Shown: positions 48,238-57,857 of the stretch, piece after piece
Position numbering within the stretch: the first letter of the stretch is position 1
Layout of the letters: each line of letters begins with the position of its first letter
DNA from: a virus
Virus record (IMG/VR): IMGVR_UViG_3300000117_000009
Span: 43,301-107,300 of that record
DNA: 64,000 nt
Strand: one strand, 5' to 3'
Program-made: the position numbers and the translations under genes
The notes under the pieces: generated by a model
The model's database searches: none
Told to the model about the DNA's origin: nothing
Seen by the model: only the letters and a program-made list of their open reading frames with translations

Positions 48238-51071
48238 TGTATTTTATTCCTTGTAATAGAATTATAAACTTCTTTTAAAGAATTACCAAATATCTTTCTA
48301 TGACTCAAGTCCAATTGTGGGTCTAAATCAGCGCTTGCCTGATCAATTGTAGATGTTTGCATTTTTGATTTTTTATCGTTAAGGCTTTTTTCAAGAGCAA
48401 CAACGGCTCGAGCAACGCCTCTTTTAGGCGACTTTTTAGCTCTACTAATGAAATATTCAAACCAAGCAATGTCGTCCATATTGACAGCTTCTGATATTTT
48501 GATCTGGTCGTCGACTCGATCTAGGTAAGGCAAAGTATTATAGATGTAAGCAAATACACCACTCTTTAGCATGCCACTATTACCCCACGTATGTGGAGGA
48601 TTAGGATTGCCAGCAAGCTCTGCATTGAGATTTAAGACGATCATCTTCATTAATCCTGGTCTAGCTACGTCACAAAAAAGATCTACAATTTTTCTGTGTT
48701 TATATAATAACCTATAGACTCCTGGACTATATTCAAAGCCTTTAAATGATAATCCAGCACCCATACCCCCTTTTTCAAGATCAGGGCCAAGTAGTTTAAT
48801 AAAGACATCTGGATCAATGTGTTTGTAGTTAGCAATATTATTTTTGCTGTCATAGTCTGACTTGCCAAACTTTCGTGTGAAGGCAAACTGTTCCTCTTTA
48901 GTTAGAGCAATATCATGACTCATTATAATTGCTAAAAGAAATGATGTCTCTGCTCTTCCTAATACTCTAAAGTTCATAGCAATAACGTTTTCCATGACTG
49001 CGCTGAATAGTTTTTTAAACCAATCTTTTGACTGTTTATTAAGATAAGAGATATGAGGCATTTCAAATTTAAATTCATCAATTTTATTTTTGAGCTGTCT
49101 ATTTGTTACTTGACCAAGTTTTAGTTTTTCAATAAATATCTCAATATTGATGCCTGCCTGTTCTATATCTTGAGATTCAAGCTTTTCAATTTGCAATGCT
49201 ACAGGATGAGAGCTTCCTAGCTTTCGTCTAATATATTCTATTGTGTTGACAAAGAAGGTTGCGTCTGACTCCTTTTTTATTTTATCCATGTTTTTTAGAA
49301 AAGATCTAGCTATAAATTCGTCTACTTTGTTTGATAAATAGTCAATGTCAGGCAGATTATTAAATAAAAGTCTAATGAAAGCAATCTCGTAATCAAAATC
49401 AGATCTTGTCTCAGTAAGCCTATCGATTATTTTTTCTAATAATTCGTTTGCTTCTTTAAAGTTTTGAGAGGCTACATCTTCCCAATAAACTTGTGTTCTT
49501 CCAGACTGAGCTAGATTGCTAGCTATTAAGGACACTACCTTGTTTTTATTGTTTTCGTCTGCAGTTGAATAAAAATTTAATATTTTTTCTGCATTACTCT
49601 CCATTGTTACAATATTAGGGCCAAACTCATAAAGCTTTTTATCTACAAGACTCTGTATTTCAGGACTTACAGTATTTATCTTTAAATACTCATCAATGTT
49701 ATAAGTAAAACTTTTTATTGACCATGAATCTTTTTTAAAAGTTTTTTCGTTAAAGCAATAAGCTATTGCTGCTTTTAAGAAAAAGTCTGAAGTCTTTTGA
49801 TTATTTTTATTATATTCTCCAAGGACTGCATTGTAATAGCTTGAGCCTATAGGTTTATTTTTGCTGGTGTAATATTTAATAACTTCATCATTTAATTTAT
49901 TAAATTTTTCATTTTTAATTGTTTTAGAGTCAAAAGGATATCTAGAATTTTTAAAAGCTTTTAGGAAAAACTCGAGCTTGTTATTGTCACCTGAAAATTT
50001 TATGTCATCATAAAGCTTAAACAAAGTGTCAATTGCGTAGCTTTGTTTTTCTTGAGTTTCAGCAAATTCGTTGTTATTAAAAAAGCTTGTAATCTCTACA
50101 TAATCAGCATCAAAAGGTGGACGATCTTCTGATTTCATAGCAGACTTTTCAACAGAATCTGTTGTTTCTTCTGCGACAGAGTTCATTGTCTGGAAATCTA
50201 ATTTGTTTCTTGCGCGACCGCCAAGAAAACCATCTAAGCTATCATACCAATCAACAACTTCTGGTCTATCTTCGTTTAGTCTTCCTAACCCTACTAATCT
50301 AGCATCGTATTTCGGGTAAAAAGAACAACAAACAGGACCGTCTCCTCTTCCAAATAAAATTACACCGTCGTAAACAGAAGTTATGTGTATCTTGCTAAAA
50401 CTTCGCATTAATATCAAGCTTATACTTGCTGTTCTATCAGAAGAACTGTGAATGGATTTAGGCATTTTTAATTCATCGTCAGATATTTCTGATAGGATTT
50501 CTTTATACTTTTGTATACTAGAAGGACTCCGATCTTCTAATTGATAGATCTTTAATAATTGATCTTTTATTGTCCAACTATCACCATGAACTTGTTTAGC
50601 TAAATCTTCAAATGTTATTATGAAATTGCTTATATCTATTTCAAATACTAAACATATATTACCATAAGTGCTAGCAATCCTTGGATTGAACTTGTAACAA
50701 GTGTAAAGGCCTTTTCCATGATAATCTCCGTAACCTGCAGAGAACCCACTAGTATCTGTATATGGATCATCAATCATATCCATAATGACTTCTTCTTCTA
50801 CGTCATAAGAATCTCTTACAGAAACTCTATTGCTATCTTTTAGATTTTTTAATATCCTTACAGCTCTAGAATCATCTTTACTTCGTTCTTGCTTTGGATG
50901 CTTAATTAATGGATTATCAAGCTTATCAGCTATTTGTGGATTGTAAGAAGCCCATTTTTGATGTGAAGTTAAATGATAACATATTAATTTTCCATCTACA
51001 AAATTAATTTTATTTGTATCTAGGTTAGATATCTTTGATTCTGTTAATAACCATCTTATACTGTTTTTCAT
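48234..51071 (-). CDS. putative virion cargo protein, PARP-like ART domain (family A)
   Basis: CYHLT, GDYHGKGLYTCY...YG and YDGVIL...GPVCCSFY. Shares N- and C-termini with 45475..48237. Confidence 0.6.
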   Translation of the reverse strand: MKNSIRWLLTESKISNLDTNKINFVDGKLICYHLTSHQKWASYNPQIADKLDNPLIKHPKQERSKDDSRAVRILKNLKDSNRVSVRDSYDVEEEVIMDMIDDPYTDTSGFSAGYGDYHGKGLYTCYKFNPRIASTYGNICLVFEIDISNFIITFEDLAKQVHGDSWTIKDQLLKIYQLEDRSPSSIQKYKEILSEISDDELKMPKSIHSSSDRTASISLILMRSFSKIHITSVYDGVILFGRGDGPVCCSFYPKYDARLVGLGRLNEDRPEVVDWYDSLDGFLGGRARNKLDFQTMNSVAEETTDSVEKSAMKSEDRPPFDADYVEITSFFNNNEFAETQEKQSYAIDTLFKLYDDIKFSGDNNKLEFFLKAFKNSRYPFDSKTIKNEKFNKLNDEVIKYYTSKNKPIGSSYYNAVLGEYNKNNQKTSDFFLKAAIAYCFNEKTFKKDSWSIKSFTYNIDEYLKINTVSPEIQSLVDKKLYEFGPNIVTMESNAEKILNFYSTADENNKNKVVSLIASNLAQSGRTQVYWEDVASQNFKEANELLEKIIDRLTETRSDFDYEIAFIRLLFNNLPDIDYLSNKVDEFIARSFLKNMDKIKKESDATFFVNTIEYIRRKLGSSHPVALQIEKLESQDIEQAGINIEIFIEKLKLGQVTNRQLKNKIDEFKFEMPHISYLNKQSKDWFKKLFSAVMENVIAMNFRVLGRAETSFLLAIIMSHDIALTKEEQFAFTRKFGKSDYDSKNNIANYKHIDPDVFIKLLGPDLEKGGMGAGLSFKGFEYSPGVYRLLYKHRKIVDLFCDVARPGLMKMIVLNLNAELAGNPNPPHTWGNSGMLKSGVFAYIYNTLPYLDRVDDQIKISEAVNMDDIAWFEYFISRAKKSPKRGVARAVVALEKSLNDKKSKMQTSTIDQASADLDPQLDLSHRKIFGNSLKEVYNSITRNKIQ

Positions 51072-51162
51072 TTATTTACAAGCCCCTGTTATAAAATTGT
51101 CGTGTATTTGTGTAATAAATATGAATATTATTATATAAAATATAATAAAAAGGTGTAATATT

Positions 51163-52083
51163 ATGAATAGATTTGGATATGCGTGCATCAATATGGAACT
51201 ACGAGAAAAAGGTATATTCAATTCTAGGACAATGCGTAAAGCTACTTTTCTATCAAAAGGCTTGCCACACGCTTCTAAGTTGGTTCTTCAAAACGTAAAA
51301 GATATGCTTCCAATATTTAACTGGAATTATAAGAACAATGTCAAGGTATTTCGTTTGTCCTCAGAAATTACTCCTTGGGCAAGTGAATATGAGCTACATG
51401 AGCTTCCAGACTACGAAGAAATATGTCACTATCTCAAAATGGCTGGCGATTATACTAAAGTTATTGGCCAGCGAATTTCTTTCCACCCAGGACAGTTTAA
51501 TTGCCTTGCGTCTGAAAAGGGTTATGTTGTAGAAAATTGTATAAAGGATCTAGAAATTCATGGAAAGTTATTTGATTTGATGGGTTTAGACCAGAATCAT
51601 TGGTCAAAGATCAATATACACTTAGGTTCTACATGCGGTGGCAATCTACAACTGGCTGCAGACAACTTTAATAAAAACTTTCAAAGACTATCACCTTCAG
51701 TCCAATCAAGATTAACTGTTGAGAATGACGATAAAGCAGCAATGTTTAGCTCAAAGTTCTTATATGAAAATATTTACAAGGTAAATAAAGTACCTATTGT
51801 ATTTGATGCACATCATTTTACTTTAGGCCCACAAGATGCACCTTACAAAGAGTCTTTTGATATGGCATATGACTCTTGGCCGTCTACAATTCGTCCAACG
51901 TGTCATCATTCTAATGGTAAAAAAGAGTTTGAAGATCCAACAATAAGGTCAGCAGCAGCACATTCAGACTATTACTACAAGCCGTTTGATAGTTGTGGTA
52001 AATCAGTTGATATTATGCTAGAAGCTAAATGCAAAGAAAAAGCTCTAATGAAATACAGAAAAGATTTTTTAAATGATAAGTAA
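51163..52083 (+). CDS. uvsE: UV DNA damage endonuclease
   Basis: GYACIN, FRLSS, SFHPGQF, NIH.G, ENDD, FDAHH, HSDY and MLEAK.KE. Confidence 0.95.
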   Translation: MNRFGYACINMELREKGIFNSRTMRKATFLSKGLPHASKLVLQNVKDMLPIFNWNYKNNVKVFRLSSEITPWASEYELHELPDYEEICHYLKMAGDYTKVIGQRISFHPGQFNCLASEKGYVVENCIKDLEIHGKLFDLMGLDQNHWSKINIHLGSTCGGNLQLAADNFNKNFQRLSPSVQSRLTVENDDKAAMFSSKFLYENIYKVNKVPIVFDAHHFTLGPQDAPYKESFDMAYDSWPSTIRPTCHHSNGKKEFEDPTIRSAAAHSDYYYKPFDSCGKSVDIMLEAKCKEKALMKYRKDFLNDK

Positions 52084-52090
52084 CTCTTTG

Positions 52091-52119
52091 GTGTAAATAA
52101 AAAATTATTTTTATACACT
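52091..52119 (+). promoter_or_regulatory. GTGTAA-N17-TACACT promoter upstream of the purine operon
   Basis: Matches the recurrent motif. Confidence 0.5.
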
Positions 52120-52140
52120 AATACTATAAAGAGGGATTAA

Positions 52141-53202
52141 ATGAGAATTAATAATAAAGAAGTATTAAGTTTTGATGATGTAATATTAGAACCACAATAC
52201 TCAGATCTAATAACACGAAAAGACATAAACACTTCAGTGACAGTTAGATACTCTGAAAAGAGTTTAGGATTTAAAATACCAATCATCAGTTCACCTATGT
52301 CAACAGTTACAGAAGCGCATATGTCTAACGCAATGATTAGTCAGGGCGGTTTAGGTATTATCCATAGGTATAATACAATCGACTTTCAGACAAAGCTCTT
52401 AGGATATGTCAATCATAGAGATTATAGGGCAGCTGCAATTGGCGTAACTGGAGATTATAAAGAAAGACTGTCTGAACTTGTAAATAATGATCTAAATATT
52501 GTCTGTATTGATATTGCGCATGGTGATCATATTCTTATGGAAAACGCAATAGAATTCATCAGAAATGAATATCCGCATCTATTTGTTATAGCAGGAAACG
52601 TTGCTACAGGACATGCATATAAAAGACTGGCAATGGCAGGTGCACATGCAGTCAGAACATCTGTAGGTAGCGGAAGTATTTGTACAACAAGAATACAAAC
52701 GGGTCATGGTATACCAACATTCCAAGCAGTTCTTGATTGTTGGGAAGCTAGACAAGAATATTTAGATAGCGGAAATGATTATCCGACGCCTTACATTATT
52801 GCAGATGGAGGAATTAAAAATAGCGGTGATATTGTTAAGTCATTGGCAGCTGGTGCAGACTTTGTTATGCTTGGTTCTATGTTGAGTGGTACAAGAGAAA
52901 CGCCAGGCAAAGTAATATTTCAGGATGGCAAAAAAATTAAACGTTATAATGGAATGGCTTCAAAAGCAGCACAGAAAAGCTGGAAAGGTACCTATAGTTC
53001 AATTGAAGGAGTTGCTTCTTTTGTTCCATATAAAGGGACGACTTCAAAAGTAGTCAATGAAATAATGTCAAACGTAAGAAGCGGAATGTCTTATAGCGGA
53101 GCAAACACATTACAAGATCTTACAAATAATGCAGTGTTTCGAAAACAAACATCTTCTTCACATATAGAAGGTAATCCACATATATTTAACAGGAATAAAT
53201 AA
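52141..53202 (+). CDS. IMPDH/GMP reductase family protein, no CBS domain; probably GMP reductase
   Basis: LSFDDV, SSPM, GIIHR, DIAHG, GNVAT, GSGSICTTR and ADGGI. The flap YNGMAS..AQKSWKGTYSSIEG lacks the Arg-Tyr dyad. Confidence 0.9.
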   Translation: MRINNKEVLSFDDVILEPQYSDLITRKDINTSVTVRYSEKSLGFKIPIISSPMSTVTEAHMSNAMISQGGLGIIHRYNTIDFQTKLLGYVNHRDYRAAAIGVTGDYKERLSELVNNDLNIVCIDIAHGDHILMENAIEFIRNEYPHLFVIAGNVATGHAYKRLAMAGAHAVRTSVGSGSICTTRIQTGHGIPTFQAVLDCWEARQEYLDSGNDYPTPYIIADGGIKNSGDIVKSLAAGADFVMLGSMLSGTRETPGKVIFQDGKKIKRYNGMASKAAQKSWKGTYSSIEGVASFVPYKGTTSKVVNEIMSNVRSGMSYSGANTLQDLTNNAVFRKQTSSSHIEGNPHIFNRNK

Positions 53203-54428
53203 TGCCAACAAAAATAGTTTTAGGTCTCCAGCATGGTGACGAAGGAAAAGGTAGAGTAGTTGATGATCTTGTCCAGACTTGGGCTGACGTAGTTGTTAGA
53301 TTTCAAGGCGGAGGTAACGCAGGACATACAGTCTATGATGAGGCTGGAAATAAATTTGTAACACATATACTACCTGTAGGTGTTTTAAACAAGACAAAAT
53401 TCAATATGATTGCAAAAGGTTGCGTTGTAAATATTGTTGATCTATACAGAGAAATAAAATCTCTAAATGTAAAACCTGATAATCTATTAGTATCAGGTTT
53501 ATGTCCCACAATTGAGCCAGTACATCTTGCAAAAGACAGAGTAAAGTATCAAGGCAAATTAGGCACAACTGGCAGAGGAATTGGTCCTGCATATTCAGAC
53601 TTCTATGCAAGAGATTCAGTTTTATTTAAAGACGTAATTAATAAACCAAGTGAGTCATTACCTAAAATACAAGAAAAGTTTTTTGACTACCAAACATATC
53701 TTGCAGAAACTTATATGGTCGACAAAGACGAAGATATCCATTCTTTAATTGAAAAAAACTTTGAAACATTTAATGACTGGATAAAGGAGTACTATGATGC
53801 TGCGGAATACTTAAAACCTTTTTTACTAAAAAAAGAAAATATGATACAAGATCTTTATAACAAAGATTTAAATATTCTTTTAGAAGGTGCTCAAGGAAGT
53901 GGTCTATGTATAAACTCTGAAAACTATCCAGATGTAACATCATCAGCACCTTCGGTTGGTGAAGCTTTAAGCTCTACAGGATTGAATCATAAACAAATAG
54001 ACGAAGTAATAGGTGTTATTAAGTCTTACAAGACTAAAGTAGGATCTGGCGAATTTCCTTCACAGACTTTTAGCAGTTACGCAGAAACGCTAGCTGAAGT
54101 CGGAAAAGAGTACGGGGCGACTACTGGCCGTCCTAGAAAATGTGGATGGCTTGATTTAGACGAAGTAAAAAACGCAGTAGTTGAAAATGGAGTTACTCAC
54201 TTATGTGTAACAAAAACTGATGTCATGACTCATATCGAAGAGCCTATGTATTATGTAGACAAGATGTTTTTTAAAACGCCTAAAATTAATAATGTTGTTA
54301 TAGAAGACGAAGGCTTTAAGACGCTAATTTCTAATATCTCTATACATACTGGCGTTGATAATATATCATTTACTACTGGCCCAAAAAGAGGAGAAGTAGT
54401 TTGGTATACAGAATTTATTAATAACTAA
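53202..54428 (+). CDS. purA: adenylosuccinate synthetase
   Basis: GDEGKG, GGGNAGHT, GTTGRGIGPAY, EGAQG and GATTGRPRKCGWLD. Confidence 0.96.
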   Translation: MPTKIVLGLQHGDEGKGRVVDDLVQTWADVVVRFQGGGNAGHTVYDEAGNKFVTHILPVGVLNKTKFNMIAKGCVVNIVDLYREIKSLNVKPDNLLVSGLCPTIEPVHLAKDRVKYQGKLGTTGRGIGPAYSDFYARDSVLFKDVINKPSESLPKIQEKFFDYQTYLAETYMVDKDEDIHSLIEKNFETFNDWIKEYYDAAEYLKPFLLKKENMIQDLYNKDLNILLEGAQGSGLCINSENYPDVTSSAPSVGEALSSTGLNHKQIDEVIGVIKSYKTKVGSGEFPSQTFSSYAETLAEVGKEYGATTGRPRKCGWLDLDEVKNAVVENGVTHLCVTKTDVMTHIEEPMYYVDKMFFKTPKINNVVIEDEGFKTLISNISIHTGVDNISFTTGPKRGEVVWYTEFINN

Positions 54429-54437
54429 AGGATTAAA

Positions 54438-55616
54438 ATGATACCACGGTATAAGATACAAGAAATACATGATGTTTGGAAAACTAACAACAAGCTTGAG
54501 ACTTGGCTAAAAGTAGAGCTTGCTCATCTAGAATCTTTAGCAAGAAATATAACTGACAAAACTCTTACAATTGACGAGCTAAATACTATTAAGAATAATG
54601 CGTCAATTGATATTGACCGATGGAAAGAAATAGAATCAGAAACTAGACACGACGTTCAAGCTTTTGTACAGATGATAGAAGAATCTATTCCTGGAAATGT
54701 TGGGCGATGGATTCATTACGGCCTGACGTCTTCAGATATAATTGATACTTCACTAGTTTTAATGTGCAAAGATTCGCTAACAGTAATTGAAAAATATTGT
54801 GGTATGGCTTTGTTTGACTTGACTAAGCTTATCAAATCTGAAAAAGCGAGTAAAAGAATATTGTCAAGAACTCATGGAAAAGCTGCAGAAATACAAACTT
54901 ACCGTGAAGTTTTTATTAGATGGATTGCAGGTCTTAGGCGAGGATTTGATGCGATTAGATTGGCTAAGACTTCTCTTAAATATGGAAAGCTTTCCGGCCC
55001 GTCAGGAAATCATACTACTAATTGTTTAATGAACGAAACTAATGCATTAAGAACTTTAAACTTATATCCTATGACATGCTCACAAATTATTCCAAGAGAC
55101 TATTTCTTAGATTATTTTTATGCTATTCTTAAAGTTGTTTTGGCTGTAGAAAAAATTGCTTATGATATTCGAATATACAGTATTGACGGCGTCAATGAAA
55201 TGTCTGAACCTTTTAGAAAAGGTCAGAAAGGTTCTAGTGCTATGCCTCACAAGAAAAATCCAATATTAACAGAAAATATTTGTGGCTTGTCAAGACTTTA
55301 TAAATCTTATATGCACACTGCAATTGAAAATTGCTTGACACTCCTTGAAAGAGATATCTCACACTCAGCTTCTGAAAGAATTATTTTTAAAGACTCAGCA
55401 CACATTGCTTGTTTTATACTTCAAAGGATAACAAATGTATTCAAAGACTTAAATATAAACAGCAGTATTGCGGAATACAACGTATCAGTTTTTGAGCAAG
55501 CAACATCAAGCCAAGATATTATGAACGATAAAATCAAAAAAGGATTTAGTAGAAAAGACTCACATGATGATTCCCAAAATAAAGTAGAAAACAATAGTTT
55601 TTTAAATTCTTATTGA
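54438..55616 (+). CDS. purB: adenylosuccinate lyase
   Basis: TRHDV, HYGLTSSD, RTHG and GSSAMPHKKNP. Confidence 0.95.
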   Translation: MIPRYKIQEIHDVWKTNNKLETWLKVELAHLESLARNITDKTLTIDELNTIKNNASIDIDRWKEIESETRHDVQAFVQMIEESIPGNVGRWIHYGLTSSDIIDTSLVLMCKDSLTVIEKYCGMALFDLTKLIKSEKASKRILSRTHGKAAEIQTYREVFIRWIAGLRRGFDAIRLAKTSLKYGKLSGPSGNHTTNCLMNETNALRTLNLYPMTCSQIIPRDYFLDYFYAILKVVLAVEKIAYDIRIYSIDGVNEMSEPFRKGQKGSSAMPHKKNPILTENICGLSRLYKSYMHTAIENCLTLLERDISHSASERIIFKDSAHIACFILQRITNVFKDLNINSSIAEYNVSVFEQATSSQDIMNDKIKKGFSRKDSHDDSQNKVENNSFLNSY

Positions 55617-55647
55617 TATTTATAATAAATAAAAGTTTAGGAATACC

Positions 55648-56121
55648 ATGAACGAAAGAAAATTAATAAGAGAATTTTTAGATTTTGCTGCTTGTGAAGA
55701 ACACCAAGACGACATGCAAGACTATAGTTTAAATAGCATGAAATTAGATACAAGTCACTCAGATAACGATTTAGATCCTAACGGAGATGGAAACATTACG
55801 CCTGAAGATCTTTACTCTCATTTTGACTTAAATAATAACGGACAAGTTACAACGCAAGAATATGTTGATCATATCAAATTTCACTGCGCACACCCTGAGT
55901 CTTTAGAACATTACAGTAATGCAAGAGAACAGTCAATACACAGCGTACCTTGTAAAGATTCATATGATAATTGCTCACAACATTTAATGGGTTGTCCTGA
56001 CGATATTGATAAATTTCTTAAGCCTATGATGGACTGTACTGGTTCAACGTGTAGAGAATCTTCTACTAAAGCTTTACTTGACGTATTGCAATCACTTATT
56101 AATTGTGGTGTTTTTGGTTAA
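55648..56121 (+). CDS. EF-hand protein with Cys-rich C-terminus
   Basis: Loops DPNGDGNITPED and DLNNNGQVTTQE. Leader KLIREFL. Confidence 0.75.
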   Translation: MNERKLIREFLDFAACEEHQDDMQDYSLNSMKLDTSHSDNDLDPNGDGNITPEDLYSHFDLNNNGQVTTQEYVDHIKFHCAHPESLEHYSNAREQSIHSVPCKDSYDNCSQHLMGCPDDIDKFLKPMMDCTGSTCRESSTKALLDVLQSLINCGVFG

Positions 56122-56128
56122 ACATTAA

Positions 56129-56157
56129 GTGTAAAATTTATAAAATAATAATAAAAT
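56129..56157 (+). promoter_or_regulatory. GTGTAA-N17-TAAAAT promoter
   Basis: Matches the recurrent motif. Confidence 0.55.
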
Positions 56158-56173
56158 AACACGAAAGAAAACA

Positions 56174-56371
56174 ATGATTAAAATAGGTGACAAAGTTTAT
56201 TATTATCAAACAATGAATAAAATTGGAACAGTAGTCAACATTATAACAGAAAGAAATAATCAATTAACTGTTGGAGGAACTACTGGAGCGAAAGTATTTG
56301 TAGAAGTAAAATATTCTGAAGATGATGTTGTAATTTATAAAAGAGGAGATATACAAAAAAGCTTTGATTAA
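56174..56371 (+). CDS. small SH3/KOW-like hypothetical protein
   Basis: IKIGDKV...GTVV pattern. Confidence 0.6.
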   Translation: MIKIGDKVYYYQTMNKIGTVVNIITERNNQLTVGGTTGAKVFVEVKYSEDDVVIYKRGDIQKSFD

Positions 56372-56873
56372 TTTTTTATTAGCTTTAAGTTTACAATATA
56401 GTTTTTGTCAAGAAGTTTACGAAAAACTGTCAGGACATAACTACACTGAAGAAGGAATTGCAGTTTGTTCTTTGTTGATAGAAGATGCAAAAAAGCAGGA
56501 CTTAAATATTGCAATAACATTAGCAACAGCATGGGAAGAATCTAGATTTACACAGCAGGATAAACCTACTAAATTTAAATGTTTTGGCCCGCTACAAATC
56601 AAGTATCAGTATTGGTGTCCTAATCGCAAAGGAAAAATATCAGTTACAAAAGCTGACGGTTTAATAACAAATTGCGATCCTTATTCACACGGCGTAAGAG
56701 CACTAAAATACTACATTAGAAAATTTAAACCTCTTACGAAAGCACTTTGCTATTATAATAATTCTAAAAAATGTAAAAAGTCTTACAAATCAGGTTACGT
56801 CAAAGGAGTCTTAAAGCATCTAAAGAAAATTAAATTAATAATAGCAAAAGAAAAATATAAATCCCTTAAGTAA
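56364..56873 (+). CDS. lytic transglycosylase (SLT-like) with signal peptide
   Basis: AWEESRF, GPLQI and ALCYYN, with a hydrophobic N-terminus. Confidence 0.75.
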   Translation: MINFLLALSLQYSFCQEVYEKLSGHNYTEEGIAVCSLLIEDAKKQDLNIAITLATAWEESRFTQQDKPTKFKCFGPLQIKYQYWCPNRKGKISVTKADGLITNCDPYSHGVRALKYYIRKFKPLTKALCYYNNSKKCKKSYKSGYVKGVLKHLKKIKLIIAKEKYKSLK

Positions 56874-56880
56874 CACATAC

Positions 56881-56910
56881 GTGCAATATTGTTAATTTTA
56901 ATATTATAAT
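56881..56910 (+). promoter_or_regulatory. GTGCAA-N18-TATAAT promoter
   Basis: Matches the recurrent motif and is followed by GGAGG. Confidence 0.65.
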
Positions 56911-56915
56911 ATTGT

Positions 56916-57398
56916 ATGGAGGTTAAAATGCTATCTAATCAATATAAAAAATACTTTTATGTATTAACACACTACCTTGAAACAAATAATAATATAAAGA
57001 TAATTCAAAAGCCAGGTGCTGAAGATGCTTGGTATCCTATGCTAAATATAATCTATATTAATCAAAATCTTCAATATCGCGAAAGACTTTTTACACTTTT
57101 ACATGAAGCAGGCCATGCATTTATTGATAATGAAATGAGACACAAGGATGTTCTTTGTTTTAATAAAAATACTCCACACAAGATTCGGTCTAAAAAGAGT
57201 TATGTACATACGCTTAACGAAGAAATACTTGCTTGGAATTACGGAAAACAATTGGCAAAAAACCTTAAGCTTAAGATAAATTACATGCAATTAGAAGAAT
57301 ATATGACTGATTGTATTATGTCTTATGTAAGAAGTGGTTTGAAGTCTATCTACGGAGATGAAATTAAATCTGACATTATTTATACACGATATGTGTAG
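56916..57398 (+). CDS. HExxH metallopeptidase (ImmA/IrrE-like)
   Basis: FTLLHEAGH and EEILAW. Confidence 0.78.
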   Translation: MEVKMLSNQYKKYFYVLTHYLETNNNIKIIQKPGAEDAWYPMLNIIYINQNLQYRERLFTLLHEAGHAFIDNEMRHKDVLCFNKNTPHKIRSKKSYVHTLNEEILAWNYGKQLAKNLKLKINYMQLEEYMTDCIMSYVRSGLKSIYGDEIKSDIIYTRYV

Positions 57399-57421
57399 AT
57401 TGTTATAAATTTATATATAAT
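57393..57421 (+). promoter_or_regulatory. GTGTAG-N17-TATAAT promoter
   Basis: Matches the recurrent motif and is followed by AGGAGG. Confidence 0.55.
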
Positions 57422-57440
57422 ACTTGTATAGGAGGATAAT

Positions 57441-57773
57441 ATGCCACTTTCGAGAAAGCAACTCAAAGAGTTAAAAGAGAAGATGGTGAAGTCGGACCAG
57501 AATGCTTTAAGTAATATAAAGAAAAATAGAGGTCCGACTACTAAAAAAATAAAGCAGACAATTAAAAAAGACGGTTTTGAAAACAAAAAGTCTATTGTTC
57601 GTTGGAACTATGAAGTTAATGATTTAGTTAAGATTACTTACGACGTAAATTTAATCGGTCTTATTGTTTCTGACTTTGAATACTTTTCTAGGCGTGTAGA
57701 AAAAAATTGTTTTTTTATTCTTGTTGATAACGCTGTCAAACAAATTGATGGAAGATATTTACGTCGGCTATAA
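57441..57773 (+). CDS. hypothetical protein
   Basis: ORF with a strong AGGAGG RBS. Confidence 0.75.
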   Translation: MPLSRKQLKELKEKMVKSDQNALSNIKKNRGPTTKKIKQTIKKDGFENKKSIVRWNYEVNDLVKITYDVNLIGLIVSDFEYFSRRVEKNCFFILVDNAVKQIDGRYLRRL

Positions 57774-57780
57774 CTCTTAA

Positions 57781-57820
57781 GTGTAAATAAGAAAAACAAT
57801 AAATTATAATATAAAGTAAT
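57781..57820 (+). promoter_or_regulatory. GTGTAA-N18-TATAAT promoter; near-duplicate of 58954..58993
   Basis: 37 of 40 positions match the promoter upstream of the MoxR gene. Confidence 0.8.
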
Positions 57821-57857
57821 TAAATTAACCTTGACCTTTTAAAGGATAAATTAAAAA

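Noticed and set aside
53202-54428. PurZ (2-aminoadenine, Z-genome pathway)
   Set aside because: The motif is GDEGKG with the catalytic Asp of canonical PurA, whereas PurZ has Ser there. No DatZ or MazZ is recognisable nearby.
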